A DNA stretch of 32,000 nucleotides, from assembly GCF_000970085.1 (NCBI RefSeq), contig NZ_CP009506.1, positions 3,190,860 to 3,222,859 on the forward strand. Direction: 5' to 3'. The DNA comes from Methanosarcina siciliae T4/M. GTDB taxonomy: Archaea > Halobacteriota > Methanosarcinia > Methanosarcinales > Methanosarcinaceae. Below are positions 10,435 through 20,809 of this stretch, piece after piece; the stretch's first letter is position 1, and each line of letters opens with the position of its first letter. The translations under genes and the position numbers were made by a program. The notes beneath the pieces were generated by a model that had not been told where the DNA came from, did not search any database, and saw only the letters and a program-made list of their open reading frames with translations.

Positions 10435-11685
10435 ATGAATAACCCGGAGTTTTCAGAAAAAAACGCATCAGAAAAAAAGGCACTCTTGATAACTACGGTC
10501 TTGTTTATATGTTTTGTACTTGTTACAATTACCGGGTTTCTCTTTTCGGACTCAATTGGCAATTATACGAATGAGTTAAAAGGTTATCTTGGATTGGGCG
10601 CGGAGCCTGAAATCTCTGAAGAGGTATTCATACCCGATATAGCTTCTTTTACTTTTCCGGCAGTCCCTTCGTACTCCACTTCAAATAAAGAACTTACTCC
10701 TATCCTAAGAACTCCATTGCAGCCCGGTTTTTCTCTGAGTAGCAATTACCAGACCTCTGAGTTTTACCAGGGTGGGATAAGTTATGTTAAAATCAGAATT
10801 AAAAACGATGGTCGAAACCCAATCTTTATTGACAGGTACGGAGTTTCGGTTAACGCCTCAGTAAGCCGGATCTTTTCCGAAGACTGCGGTGTTTTGCTCT
10901 CTCCGGGGGAAGAGCAGAATCTCGGAATAATCGCAGTTGAGGTTCCTGAAGAAGAAAAAGCCACCATCAGCATAGTCCTCTGGCTGCTTGCCTCGACGTC
11001 GGAAGGGAAATGGCACGAGTACGAGCCCCATTTTATGAACGGAGTCGTTACCGATCTAAAGCCGATGCCCAAAAAAATTACTCCTAAATACCGATACAAC
11101 CCTGCCTATTACTTTAAAACAATAAACCGACTTGTAGAGCCATCCGAACCGGACGTGAGAGCCAGAGCAGCCGAAGTAGCCCGCTCATATCCCGGAGCTT
11201 ATAATATCTACCAGGTATGCGCTCTCTTTGACACGGTAAAAGAAGATATCGAATACGTAAGTGACCCTAGGGGTAACGACATATGGGAGCCAGCCAATGT
11301 TACTCTGAGGATAGGAGCCGGAGACTGTGAGGATCAGGCAATTCTTCTTTCCTCCATGATCGAAGCTGTGGGAGGGACTACCCGGGTTTACCTGACTGAT
11401 AACCATGCCTTCGCGGCCGTTTATATAGGCAACGGAACCGATGCAATTGAAGCCGAAGTTAAAGGGGTAAGGGCTTATTACGGAAATGTTGACGTAAACT
11501 ACCTGACTGACGAATACGGTTCCTGGCTCATGCTCGACCCGACTTCCAGCCTTTATGCAGGCGGGCTTCCAGGAAAAACAGCCCAGACAAAGATCCAGAC
11601 AGCAGAGGAAAACGAGACCTACAGGAGCTGGACCTTCATAAACACAAGCACTGTAAAAGTGATAGATATCAGTCCAGGAAATTGA
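10435..11685 (+). CDS. Membrane-anchored transglutaminase-like cysteine protease-fold protein
   Basis: N-terminal TM segment (ALLITTVLFICFVLVTITGFLF). The transglutaminase core has GAGDCEDQAILLSSMIEAVG (Cys), DNHAFAAVY (His) and WLMLDPT (Asp). The ATG at 10435 is preceded by AGGAGGA. Confidence 0.8.
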   Translation: MNNPEFSEKNASEKKALLITTVLFICFVLVTITGFLFSDSIGNYTNELKGYLGLGAEPEISEEVFIPDIASFTFPAVPSYSTSNKELTPILRTPLQPGFSLSSNYQTSEFYQGGISYVKIRIKNDGRNPIFIDRYGVSVNASVSRIFSEDCGVLLSPGEEQNLGIIAVEVPEEEKATISIVLWLLASTSEGKWHEYEPHFMNGVVTDLKPMPKKITPKYRYNPAYYFKTINRLVEPSEPDVRARAAEVARSYPGAYNIYQVCALFDTVKEDIEYVSDPRGNDIWEPANVTLRIGAGDCEDQAILLSSMIEAVGGTTRVYLTDNHAFAAVYIGNGTDAIEAEVKGVRAYYGNVDVNYLTDEYGSWLMLDPTSSLYAGGLPGKTAQTKIQTAEENETYRSWTFINTSTVKVIDISPGN

Positions 11686-11869
11686 AATTAGTTCTTTATA
11701 TCAACAAATAAGACCCCCTTCAGGAAGAAAATGTATGCCAGAGAGGGAATTTGCATCAGACAATCAGCCGATTAGCTGTTAATCAGCAACTCTTATCTTT
11801 TTAATTATACTTACTCAAAAAATCCAGCCTTAAATTTTATCCATTTATAAAGAGGAGTGTTTGCAACCT

Positions 11870-13186
11870 ATGGAAGTTCCAGAAATTGAAAAACAGATCG
11901 GAATAAGTCTGTACTCCACTGACACCGAGGGTCTCGGAGGGCGGCTCCGGCAGGAAGTGGAGGATTTTATTGTTAAAGAGATTACAAATAGAGAAGAAGG
12001 AAAGGACGGGAAATACCTTGTTCTCGAACTCACAAAACGCGACTGGGATACCCACCATTTTACCCGGACCCTGGCAAAAATCCTGCAGATAAGCCAGAAG
12101 AGGATAAACGTTGCAGGCACAAAAGACAAGCGAGCCCTCACCACCCAGAAGATCAGCATTTTCGATGTTGATGCCTCGGTAATTGAAAAAATCCATTTAA
12201 AAGACGTGGAGCTGAAAATCCTGGGTCGTTCCCGGAAGTCCGTGGAACTGGGAGACCTGTGGGGAAATGAGTTCATAATTACAATCAGGGGCATAGCCAG
12301 TTCTACCGAAAAGACCGGAGCCATGCTCGAGAAAACAAACGGTGAAGTCCTGGCCCAGGGAGGAGTCCCGAACTTCTTCGGGATCCAACGTTTCGGTTCT
12401 GTTCGCCCTGTGACCCACCTGGTAGGAAAAGCCATTGTTGAAGGAGACTTTGAAAAAGCTGCCATGCTCTACATTGCCGAACCCTTCCCGGAAGAACCCG
12501 AGGAGACAAAAGCAGCCCGCCAGTTCGTAAAGGAGACCCGCGACTTCAAAGAAGGCCTCAAAACCTATCCCCTCCGCCTGGGCCACGAAAGGGCAATGAT
12601 GAACCATCTGATAGCAAACCCGGAAGACTACCCCGGAGCTTTCCGCGTGCTCCCTAAAAACCTGTACAGGATGTTCGTACACGCCTACCAGTCCTACATT
12701 TATAACATGATCCTCTGCCGCAGGATCGAAAGCGGCATCTCATTAAATAGGGCGGTGGAAGGAGACATCGTCTGCTTCAGGAACGAAGCCGGGCTTCCTG
12801 ACTCCTCAAAGACGGAAAAAGTCACTTCCGAAACCGTAAACGCCATGAACCGCCTGATTAAGCACGGCAGAGCCTTCATAACCGCCCCTCTCCCGGGCTT
12901 TAATACGGGATTTGCATCCGTGCTCCCCGGAGAAATCGAAAGTACAGTCCTTAAAGAACTTGGAGTTTCTCTCGAGGGCTTCAATGTAGAAGAGTTCCCG
13001 GAAATGAGTTCGAAAGGTACCCGCAGAGAAGTCCTCCTGCAGGTGGAACCGAAGTTTGAGGTTACAGAGGATGAGTTGAACCCGGGAAAATCAAAGGCTG
13101 CACTTGAGTTCATGCTTCCCAAGGGAAGTTACGCTACAACGGTGCTGCGGGAATACATGAAAGTTGATCCCTTGCAGATGAGCTGA
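11870..13186 (+). CDS. truD: tRNA pseudouridine synthase D (TruD/Pus7 family)
   Basis: Motifs are VAGTKDKRALTTQ (catalytic Asp), VPNFFGIQRFG and YQSYIYN. The ATG at 11870 is preceded by GAGGAG. Confidence 0.92.
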   Translation: MEVPEIEKQIGISLYSTDTEGLGGRLRQEVEDFIVKEITNREEGKDGKYLVLELTKRDWDTHHFTRTLAKILQISQKRINVAGTKDKRALTTQKISIFDVDASVIEKIHLKDVELKILGRSRKSVELGDLWGNEFIITIRGIASSTEKTGAMLEKTNGEVLAQGGVPNFFGIQRFGSVRPVTHLVGKAIVEGDFEKAAMLYIAEPFPEEPEETKAARQFVKETRDFKEGLKTYPLRLGHERAMMNHLIANPEDYPGAFRVLPKNLYRMFVHAYQSYIYNMILCRRIESGISLNRAVEGDIVCFRNEAGLPDSSKTEKVTSETVNAMNRLIKHGRAFITAPLPGFNTGFASVLPGEIESTVLKELGVSLEGFNVEEFPEMSSKGTRREVLLQVEPKFEVTEDELNPGKSKAALEFMLPKGSYATTVLREYMKVDPLQMS

Positions 13187-13280
13187 TATACTGAGAACTC
13201 AAAACAAGCCGGACTGCAGAAAAATCAGTCCGCAGGAAGGGAGTCCTGAGGCAAGGTTCACAGGAGCATGGAAGCCCATT

Positions 13281-14680
13281 TTAGTTGTTTGGAGTTAATG
13301 CAACCTCAGAAGCAAGGCAGTTATCTTCCTTACTTACATGTTTTCCACTCGTGAGAAAACCAAACTCCTTCCAGAGCAATCCCATTACGGCCATAAACAT
13401 CAGGAATTCCGCAGCAGGGGTTGCGAGCCAGATTCCTTCAAGGCCAAGTAAAGTGGGTAAAATCCAGAGCAGGGGAAGGAGGAAGAGAAAAACCATTCCG
13501 AGCTGGATGAAAAGAGCCTGCCTGACTTTATTTATCGACTGGAAATATACGGAACCCAGCATAACCGTCCCGTGGGTAAGGAGGGCAAACACAAAAATTT
13601 TCATGCCGTTAAGAGTAATTTCCAGGAGTTTGGGGCTGTCGCGGTTAAAGATGAGGATAAATGGTTCCGGATACATGGAAAGAAGCACGAAACCAATCAC
13701 TCCGGCTGCGAGGCAGGAGATTACAGCTATCTTCAAGATCTCTGCAACCCGGGAATAACAACGGGCCCCGTAATTAAAACCGATTATGGGCTGGGCACCT
13801 ACTGCGATTCCTTCAAAGATCAGGGAGAAGATCGAGAAAATATAACCGATAATTCCATAGCCTGAAACTGCGAGTTCCGAGCCGTAACTGAGCAGCGTGT
13901 ACTCGTTCGCAATGAGCAGGACGAAAGTTGAAAACTGCATTGCAAAGGAAGGAAGGCCTGTTTTCATAATTCTGAGAATTATTCTCGACTCCAGAGAGAG
14001 GGACCGGGGTTTTAGCCTTATCCCGGCCCATCCGCTGAAAAAATATAGAGCTAGCAGAATTCCGGAAAAGGAAAAAGCAATTACTGTGGCTACGGCAGCC
14101 CCTGTAACTCCCATTTCCATCCGCATGACAAATATGTAGTCAAGAACCATGTTTATGAGAACACTCGCCACAACACATATCATAGCAAGTCTTGGTTTCC
14201 CATCATTTCGTACCAGAGGATCGAGAGCAATGGCAAGAATTAGGAGTACCGAGCCTGAGAATAGGACTCTAAGGTAACTATTTGCCATGTCAAAGACCGG
14301 GCCAGAAGCTCCCAGGAGGCGAAGATAAGAACCCGAGAAGACAAGCCCGATGGCGGTGAGACCTATCCCCGCAAGCAGGAGCAGGGGAAAAGCATTATGT
14401 ATGAGCTTGAGGGCTTCCTGCCGATTAGCTCTGCCAAGGGCCAGTGCCACAAGGCTTGAAGTCCCGATCCCGATCAGCTGTCCCACAGCAATTATGGCTA
14501 GAAGTGCAGGAAACGCAAGAGTTATACCTGCAAGCCCTGGCTGCCCACAGCATTCCCGACAAAAAAACCGTCAATAACTCCCTGGATTCCGGCAACAATC
14601 AACCCGATGATTGCCGGGAGAACGAATTTCAGGAAAAGCTTTCCGAGACTTTCAGACCTCATTTCCCATTCATCGGTCAT
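13281..14680 (-). pseudogene. MATE-family multidrug/oligosaccharidyl-lipid efflux transporter interrupted by a 1-nt frameshift near 14531-14535
   Basis: The 401-aa ORF (13281-14486) lacks the first roughly 60 residues. On the minus strand from 14680/14662, another frame encodes (MTDEWE)MRSESLGKLFLKFVLPAIIGLIVAGIQGVIDGFFVGNAVGSQGL and then hits TAA at 14524-14522. The expected continuation AGITLAFPALLAIIAVGQLIGIG is in the frame of the long ORF. Confidence 0.7.
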
Positions 14681-15106
14681 ACTTTTTCCTCATCAATCCC
14701 ACCAGCGATTTTCTCAAAGATTCTCACCAAAACTTTAAATTTAGGTTCATCCAGAATTTTCCGTGTCATTTCAAAAAACCTCATATCGGCTCAGTATTGG
14801 TCTTAACTACCTTTTTTCCTTTATCGGCGAGCTCGAGCAGGTAGACTCTTCCGTCCTTTTGGGAAACTTTTGCTTTCAACAGGTCTTTTTCCGCAATTTT
14901 AGAAATCATGTTGCTGGCAAGGGGTTTGCCATGGCCTTTGCCAGTTAGAAGATCGTGTAATTGCTCAGGAAATTAATTTTCCTGACGTAGAGGAAGCATT
15001 ACAGCTGATATCGCTGCATCCCTCTGAAAATTCAGATTCTTTAATTTTTTTGATATAACGGTCCACAATTTCAAGAAACCTGAAATATTCCGTTTTTGCT
15101 CGCCAT
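14677..15106 (-). pseudogene. MarR-type winged-helix regulator remnant upstream of the MATE gene (multiple frame breaks plus an in-frame TAA)
   Basis: Minus-strand pieces fall in different frames: MASKNGIFQVS*, EYFRFLEIVDRYIKKIKESEFSEG..., DAAISAVMLPLRQEN*FPEQLHDLLTGKGHGKPLASNMISKIAEKDLLKAKVSQKDGRVYLLELADKGKKVVKTNTEPI*, and MRFFEMTRKILDEPKFKVLVRIFEKIAGGIDEEKV*. Total length is about 143 codons. The stop overlaps a possible MATE start (GTATGA). Confidence 0.5.
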
Positions 15107-15214
15107 AAATAAAAGAAGGGGGGTTTACTTATGCTAACTACTATATAAAATCTTCTTTAACTAAAGTTTTTTCAGTTCAACCGCGTAAGTCCTATTTAAC
15201 TAATTTAATTAACC

Positions 15215-15242
15215 ATTTGGCTGATATCATGATCAGCCAAAT
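15215..15242. promoter_or_regulatory. Perfect 11-bp inverted repeat ATTTGGCTGAT-N6-ATCAGCCAAAT (candidate operator or hairpin)
   Basis: Read directly. It lies between the divergent marR remnant (start 15106) and the small ORF at 15261. Confidence 0.35.
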
Positions 15243-15260
15243 TTAATTTAGAGGGACATT

Positions 15261-15443
15261 ATGGAACAAAAGAACATGATATCACTATTAATTCAAGTTA
15301 TTACTTTAGTAGCAGTAGTTAGACTTACTATACATTACCCAAAGTATGATTATATAACTTATTTTTCTATTTGGATTGCGTTTATTTGTGGATATTTATA
15401 TAAACTGGCCAGTTATTATCGAAAAACTGGAAAATTTAATTGA
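15261..15443 (+). CDS. Hypothetical small two-TM membrane protein (60 aa)
   Basis: The ATG is preceded by GAGGGA. There are two hydrophobic segments. The region is AT-rich and I recognise no family. Confidence 0.35.
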   Translation: MEQKNMISLLIQVITLVAVVRLTIHYPKYDYITYFSIWIAFICGYLYKLASYYRKTGKFN

Positions 15444-15447
15444 ATAC

Positions 15448-16898
15448 CATTGGTCATCGGTTAATGATTTATTTCCTTCTCTTGTTACTCTTTTTTGAGT
15501 CCACTCTATCACTTCTTATTCAAACCATTCTTCTCTGAACCTTTCTCTGTTTACATGTGGATCCAATGCTTGACTTTCATATACACTCATTATAGTTTCA
15601 AAATTTCTTTGAATTCCACATCTCTGAAGAATTACTGTCAATAAATCTGATGCATTCTCTGCAAATATTGTGCTCCAACGTAACTGTGTATATTGAGCCA
15701 TTTTTTCAGGATGAGCTGTTGAGTTTCTTACAAGAGAATAAATTCTTCTGCTAACTATTAGTGTTAGTATTGCTGTCCAGATTAGAGCCTCAATCACCTG
15801 CACATTCTTTGTTTCAAGAACGTCAAGCGCATATTTGCTTTTTAACCCCTTAAACAGCAGTTCTATATCCCATCCTGCTCCATATAATTTTGTGATGTCT
15901 TTTGTATTCAAAACATCTTTCTGAATATTTGTGATGTATAGGTGATGCTTTTCGTCCTCTTCATTATATACCGCAACAAGACGTACAAGCATCTCATCCC
16001 GCTTTTGCTTGCTTTTATACGATCTTCTTTTGAATGCTATTTTTACAACTGCATCAATATCTTTTCCAGAAAGTTGTTTGATACATTCACTAACAGGTTT
16101 CTCCATGAAATCTTTGCACATTGTCTTTGGTATTCCTTCATTTATTGAAGCAACAACGGAATCCGTATTCTTCCTTATTCTTGAAACAAAATATCCTCCA
16201 TTTTCCTCAATCCTTACAAACATTTGAGTTTTGTAAAAACCAAGATCAACAAGGAGAATACGGTCTTTTATCCAGGGACCGATTTTCAATGTTTTGATCT
16301 CAGCTGTTTTCTCAGAGTATAAAGCAACGGTTTTAGGTCCGTTAGCAACTGCACTTACCATAACTCCAACTTTTATGCCTGCAGCTGCTGTTCTTGATCT
16401 TGATGCCGGAAACTTGTCTGCTAAGAAGAGTGAAGAAGAACAATTGTGCTGTCTTGAATGAGAACATCCTGGAGGTTTTCGAGTTTTTTGCCAGGTTTTC
16501 TACCAGGGTCTTTTGCAAGTTCTTCGATACCGTGAATTACACATTGATGAGGAAACTCGACAAGTTCTGGAGTGAATCGATAGTACCAGCTGCTATCGAT
16601 TATGTTTTTACCGGATTCTTTTTCATATTCTCGTTTCAAACTGGCAAGTGTACGCTGCAAACGTACACCAAAACTGAGAGTTAAAACCCAAAACAAGATA
16701 ACAGGGTCAATTTTACGTTCACGTTTTATAAGACCAGTTTCTTTAGCAGTTTGTCTTAACCATTCTTCGGGAAACATTTCCCGAAGAGAGTCTTCGAGAG
16801 TAGATGGGGGAACGAGGAGACATAGATACCAATAGTTAGGGTATTAATATAAAAACACATGCCAGAGAGCTTCCCTAACGCTTAACCGATGACGCATG
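15448..16898 (-). mobile_element. IS4-family insertion sequence (1451 bp) with 17-bp imperfect terminal inverted repeats and a 5-bp target-site duplication AATAC
   Basis: The left end CATTGGTCATCGGTTAA (15448-15464) matches the reverse complement of TTAACCGATGACGCATG (16882-16898), with a 12-nt perfect core. AATAC is found at 15443-15447 and again at 16899-16903. Confidence 0.85.
15516..16777 (-). pseudogene. IS4-family DDE transposase split by a 1-nt frameshift at about 16421-16430
   Basis: The 118-aa ORF ends ...VLIQDSTIVLLHSS-TAG. The adjacent frame continues LADKFPASRSRTAAAGIKVGVMVSAVANGPKTV... into the 281-aa ORF (RILLVDLGFY, HHLYITN, WDIELLFKGLKS). The sequence TCTTCTTAGCA would read through as TCTTCTTTAGCA. 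Confidence 0.8.
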
Positions 16899-17499
16899 AA
16901 TACAGATTAAACCGTTAAGGGTTTGGTCAGAAATATGACACTTACAATAAAGTTAGTGAAAAATGGACTCAGAAATTATATTTTTGCTAATTTTGATAAG
17001 ATCAATAGCTTAATTGTAACAAAAATGGGCATTATTCCATAGAATTTATTATAAAGTTAGATGGGTTCATAACCTTGTGTCAAATTAGTTTGAGCTAAGA
17101 AAAGGATAGATTTTCAAGATCAATTAGTGGATACTGTCAAATTAAGTTTATAAGACAAGACCGGCAGGTCAGCCTCTATAAACTGCCAGGGAACTTGAAG
17201 CACAGACTCCGTGACATTTTCTATCTCTTTCAGATATATGGCTTTTTGGATTTGCTGAAATCAGTCAATCATCCTTAATTTCTAAAAGGGCTGTGTGCTC
17301 GTTGTTTTTTGTAAAACTAATTTTAATGAAACGGGTTTTGTTGGCAGGGGCATTCCTTAACTTATTTGTAATATAATATAAGTTTCTACTTCCGGTTTCG
17401 GATCAAAATATTTTTACATTTATTTTTTTATCTTTTTTTAAATAAAAATGGAAACGCCTATATAACTTCTAATGTTGACACTGTTACTGGAGGATTTCT

Positions 17500-18258
17500 A
17501 TGAAAATTAACAGGATCTTTTTGGTTTTTCTCTTATCCCTGGCACTTACCCTTGCCGGAAGCGGGTGTGTCTCACAGGGAGAGGGAGCAGAAGAAGACGA
17601 AAGTGTGGACGAAGAAAGTGCGGACACAGAAGTTGAAAGCGAGGTTTCGAACATCCGGGCAAATCCCGTGACCCCCTGGAATCCCGAACCAACCGAACCT
17701 GTAATTGACCCTACTGCCTACATCCATCCCCAGGCAGCAGTAATAGGTGACGTAACAATAGGCGCAAGTGTAATGGTTTCCCCGATGACTTCGGTCCGGA
17801 GCGACGAAGGCACGCCGATTTTTGTTGGGGACGAGACCAATATCCAGGACGGAGTCGTACTCCATGCCCTTGAAACGGTTGATGAGGAAGGTGAGCCTGT
17901 AGAAAGTAATCTGGTTGAGGTTGACGGTGAAAAATATGCAGTTTACGTCGGAGAAAGGGTGTCCCTTGCCCACCAGGCTCAGATCCACGGCCCGGCCTAT
18001 GTCGGAAATGACACATTCATTGGTATGCAAGCCATCGTTTTCAAGGCTAACGTAGGAGACAACTGTGTCCTTGAACCGAAATCAGGAGCAATTGGTGTGA
18101 CCATCCCTGATGGCAGATACATCCCTGCAGGTACTGTGGTAACCTCTCAGGCAGAAGCGGACGAGCTACCCGAAGTCACTGATGACTATGGATACAAGCA
18201 TACTAATGAAGCAGTAGTCTACGTAAATGTTAACCTGGCTGCGGGATATAACGCATAA
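17500..18258 (+). CDS. cam: Gamma-class carbonic anhydrase Cam (left-handed beta-helix) with an N-terminal export signal
   Basis: Near-colinear with my recollection of Methanosarcina thermophila Cam: SNIRANPVTPWNPEPTEPVIDPTAYIHPQAAVIGDVTIGASVMVSPM...VSLAHQAQIHGPA...DDYGYKHTNEAVVYVNVNLA. The signal is MKINRIFLVFLLSLALTLAGSGC. SD GGAGGA is present. Confidence 0.97.
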   Translation: MKINRIFLVFLLSLALTLAGSGCVSQGEGAEEDESVDEESADTEVESEVSNIRANPVTPWNPEPTEPVIDPTAYIHPQAAVIGDVTIGASVMVSPMTSVRSDEGTPIFVGDETNIQDGVVLHALETVDEEGEPVESNLVEVDGEKYAVYVGERVSLAHQAQIHGPAYVGNDTFIGMQAIVFKANVGDNCVLEPKSGAIGVTIPDGRYIPAGTVVTSQAEADELPEVTDDYGYKHTNEAVVYVNVNLAAGYNA

Positions 18259-18418
18259 AAACACTTTCCTCTTAAGTAGTAAAATGAACGGACTGGACTA
18301 TACAGGGGAAATATACAGAGTATGGATAGCGAATATAGGGTAAGAACAGAAAATATACTGTAACAAGGAAATATGCTGGAGATATAACTTTAAAAGATGC
18401 AAGGGACTTTTACCGAAA

Positions 18419-18442
18419 AAAACCTGTACCAAAACCTGTACC
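18419..18442. repeat. 12-bp tandem repeat AAAACCTGTACC x2
   Basis: Read directly. Confidence 0.9.
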
Positions 18443-18550
18443 AAATCTTTTTTCGTTGCCCGGAACTGCCTTATTTTCCTGTTTTCGGGCAAGTTCTCTA
18501 TTTCTCTTTTCACTCATAATCATACCAGCCGAATTTTATGTCAGCACCCA

Positions 18551-18606
18551 AGTTTCGCTTCCCGAGTTTTGCTTCCCGAGTTTTGCTTCCCGAGTTTCGC
18601 TTCGGG
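18551..18606. repeat. 14-bp tandem repeat AGTTTYGCTTCCCG x4 (last copy ...TTCGGG)
   Basis: Read directly: 18551-18564, 18565-18578, 18579-18592 and 18593-18606. Confidence 0.95.
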
Positions 18607-18696
18607 AGCACGAGGTCTGTTTCGCTCCGCTCAAGCAGACTACGTTCAAGCAGACTCATTTGTGGGTAAAAATCGGGAGCGTCGTTCAAGAGAACT

Positions 18697-18788
18697 AAAT
18701 TATGATTTCTCTGACCCGTACAACCATATTCGCCATACAACGTCTTTCCTTTACCACTTGATGCTGGAGAGCGGTCTTTCCCATAAAA
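18697..18788. repeat. Copy B of the dispersed intergenic repeat (partner at 28-140, inverted)
   Basis: GGAGAGCGGTCTTTCCC at 18766-18782 is the exact reverse complement of 35-51. TCTGACCCGTACAACCATATTC aligns with the reverse complement of GAATAAGGTTGTATGGGTCAGA. Confidence 0.7.
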
Positions 18789-19011
18789 ACAGGATCATGA
18801 AAAAGTGCAAGAAGTAAAAGTTACCAGGGAAGCGAATACGAACCGACTGAAAAAATGTGTGGGCTCACTATATCATGTGAATTAAAAAGACTGTTGGTTT
18901 TGTTTTCTGAATTCAGTTAATAAAGTAGAATCTGGACTAAAGTTTCGGCATGTTATATAATTAATCGTTTATAATTATGTATCTAATTTTTTAAGTTAAC
19001 AGTGAGGACTC

Positions 19012-20673
19012 ATGAAGGAAATATTGAAAGATTTCTGTTCTTTATTGTTCATTGTAATTCTTGTCCTGCCTGTGGAGGCAGTGCCCAATGAACTGTCTGA
19101 ATACGACAACTTTACAGAGGATTCGGGATTAAACAAAACCTCAAATGCTTCGCGTTACTACTTTGACTCCGATTCCGGTTTGATCTGTGTTGCTGCAGGA
19201 AAGACCGTAGATTCTGGGGAAATTATTTCTGCAGATGAGCTTGTGGAAGAAATCACTTTTCTTACTGACAGTCCGGAATCGGAATCGTCTCCGGTCTGGA
19301 CTACAGACGGCCAGTACATCATGTACACCGTTGAAAGAAACGACTCAGAAAATTTAGAATCATATCGGATGAAAGCAGATGGAAGTTCGATCGAAAGAAC
19401 CGGAATTGGGGAAGGAAACCTTGCCGGTTTCAGTGATATAAATCTTAATGGAACAGAACTGATTTTTACAAAATCAATTAATTCTCAGCCTGGGCTGTAT
19501 CTGGCAAATCTTGAGAATGGAACAGTATTCCCTGTTTCTGATGACCCGCAGATCTCCGAATACTGGGGGGCCTGGTGCCGCCTCGGGAAAAAAATAACCT
19601 ACACGCAGAAGGAGGCAGAGATCCCGTCGCAGTTATGGATAGTTGACCGGGACGGAAGCAACAAATTCAGGCTTGGAACCTCTGAAAATGTGGGGACCGG
19701 GAAGGACTGGTGTCCTCTAGGACTGAGAGTGATATACAGCGCAAAAGATTCAGAGGATAACTCAGATCTGTGGGTAATAGACTTTTATGGTACAAACCAG
19801 GTCAGGTTAACAAATACATCCTATAACGAATGGAACCCCTCTTTCAGTCCAAACGGAAAATGGATAGCGTACGTCTCAGAAGAAGGCGGAATCCCCGATA
19901 TCTGGCTCAGGGATATTGAAGGAAACTATAGGACCAGACTTACAAACAAAATTGGAAGCCTTGATTCTGTTCCAAAGTGGAGCCCTGACGGGTCAAAAAT
20001 CGTTTTTGCAGGATACAACCGGGAGAATAATTCCGAAATTAATTCGACAAACACGGATATGATAAAAGGTTCCAACATTGATGGTTCGGATATTGATCCG
20101 ATAAATGGTTCCAATGCAACTACATTTAACGGTTCAGATACAGCTACAGTTAATGGTTCAGACATCGTTGTTATAAAGCTCTTCTCCTCATCTTATATCT
20201 CCCCCGATCCAAAAATCACCAGCGTAAAAGCCGCTCCTCCCGAAGGAGTTTCTCCGGAAGGAAATGTCACAATTTCCGTAACAGTAATCAATGAAGGAGG
20301 AAACGCATCTGAAGGCTATATCTCGGTCTCCTTCCCTGAAAATGAGACAATAGAAGATGCAGAGGGAACGGCCAGCAACGTTGATGTTTATTTAAAAGGA
20401 AATTTTATCCAGGGAAATAACGGGGAGATAACCGCTCAGTATCCACTTGTTGAACTTGCGGAGTATGATTGGGGTGCGGGGAAGGAAGAAACGCTCAACG
20501 TGACAGTGACACCTAATAACCGAACCGAGGAAATTGTGTTTTTCGTAAGGTCCTGGCTGAAAGACGATAGCAACGGCACTTACATAAGAGACCCTTCACT
20601 CTCTGCGGACCGGGACCAGCAGGGATATGCTGTATACAGATATTCTACAGGTATTCTACAGAGTATTCAATGA
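19012..20673 (+). CDS. Secreted PD40/TolB-like beta-propeller protein with an N-glycosylation-sequon-rich linker and a C-terminal CARDB-like domain
   Basis: Signal peptide, then repeated PD40 motifs (SPVWTTDGQYIMYT, NPSFSPNGKWIAYVS, PKWSPDGSKIVFAG). The NGS/NAT-rich stretch is INGSNATTFNGSDTATVNGSD. The C-terminal domain reads VTISVTVINEGGNASEGYISVSF. SD GTGAGGA is present. Confidence 0.8.
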   Translation: MKEILKDFCSLLFIVILVLPVEAVPNELSEYDNFTEDSGLNKTSNASRYYFDSDSGLICVAAGKTVDSGEIISADELVEEITFLTDSPESESSPVWTTDGQYIMYTVERNDSENLESYRMKADGSSIERTGIGEGNLAGFSDINLNGTELIFTKSINSQPGLYLANLENGTVFPVSDDPQISEYWGAWCRLGKKITYTQKEAEIPSQLWIVDRDGSNKFRLGTSENVGTGKDWCPLGLRVIYSAKDSEDNSDLWVIDFYGTNQVRLTNTSYNEWNPSFSPNGKWIAYVSEEGGIPDIWLRDIEGNYRTRLTNKIGSLDSVPKWSPDGSKIVFAGYNRENNSEINSTNTDMIKGSNIDGSDIDPINGSNATTFNGSDTATVNGSDIVVIKLFSSSYISPDPKITSVKAAPPEGVSPEGNVTISVTVINEGGNASEGYISVSFPENETIEDAEGTASNVDVYLKGNFIQGNNGEITAQYPLVELAEYDWGAGKEETLNVTVTPNNRTEEIVFFVRSWLKDDSNGTYIRDPSLSADRDQQGYAVYRYSTGILQSIQ

Positions 20674-20740
20674 ATATATCTGAGGTCTGAGGAGTGAAAC
20701 ACTTCTTCCTGAAGCAGAATATTCGGTCATTAAGTCAGGA

Positions 20741-20788
20741 TTCTTTTCCTTCTTCCTTTCTTTTCTTCCTCTTCTTTTTCTTTTCTTT
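20741..20788. repeat. 48-nt uninterrupted polypyrimidine (C/T only) tract between convergent genes
   Basis: Read directly: TTCTTTTCCTTCTTCCTTTCTTTTCTTCCTCTTCTTTTTCTTTTCTTT. Confidence 0.95.
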
Positions 20789-20809
20789 GTAACTTTTTTA
20801 TTCTTTAAG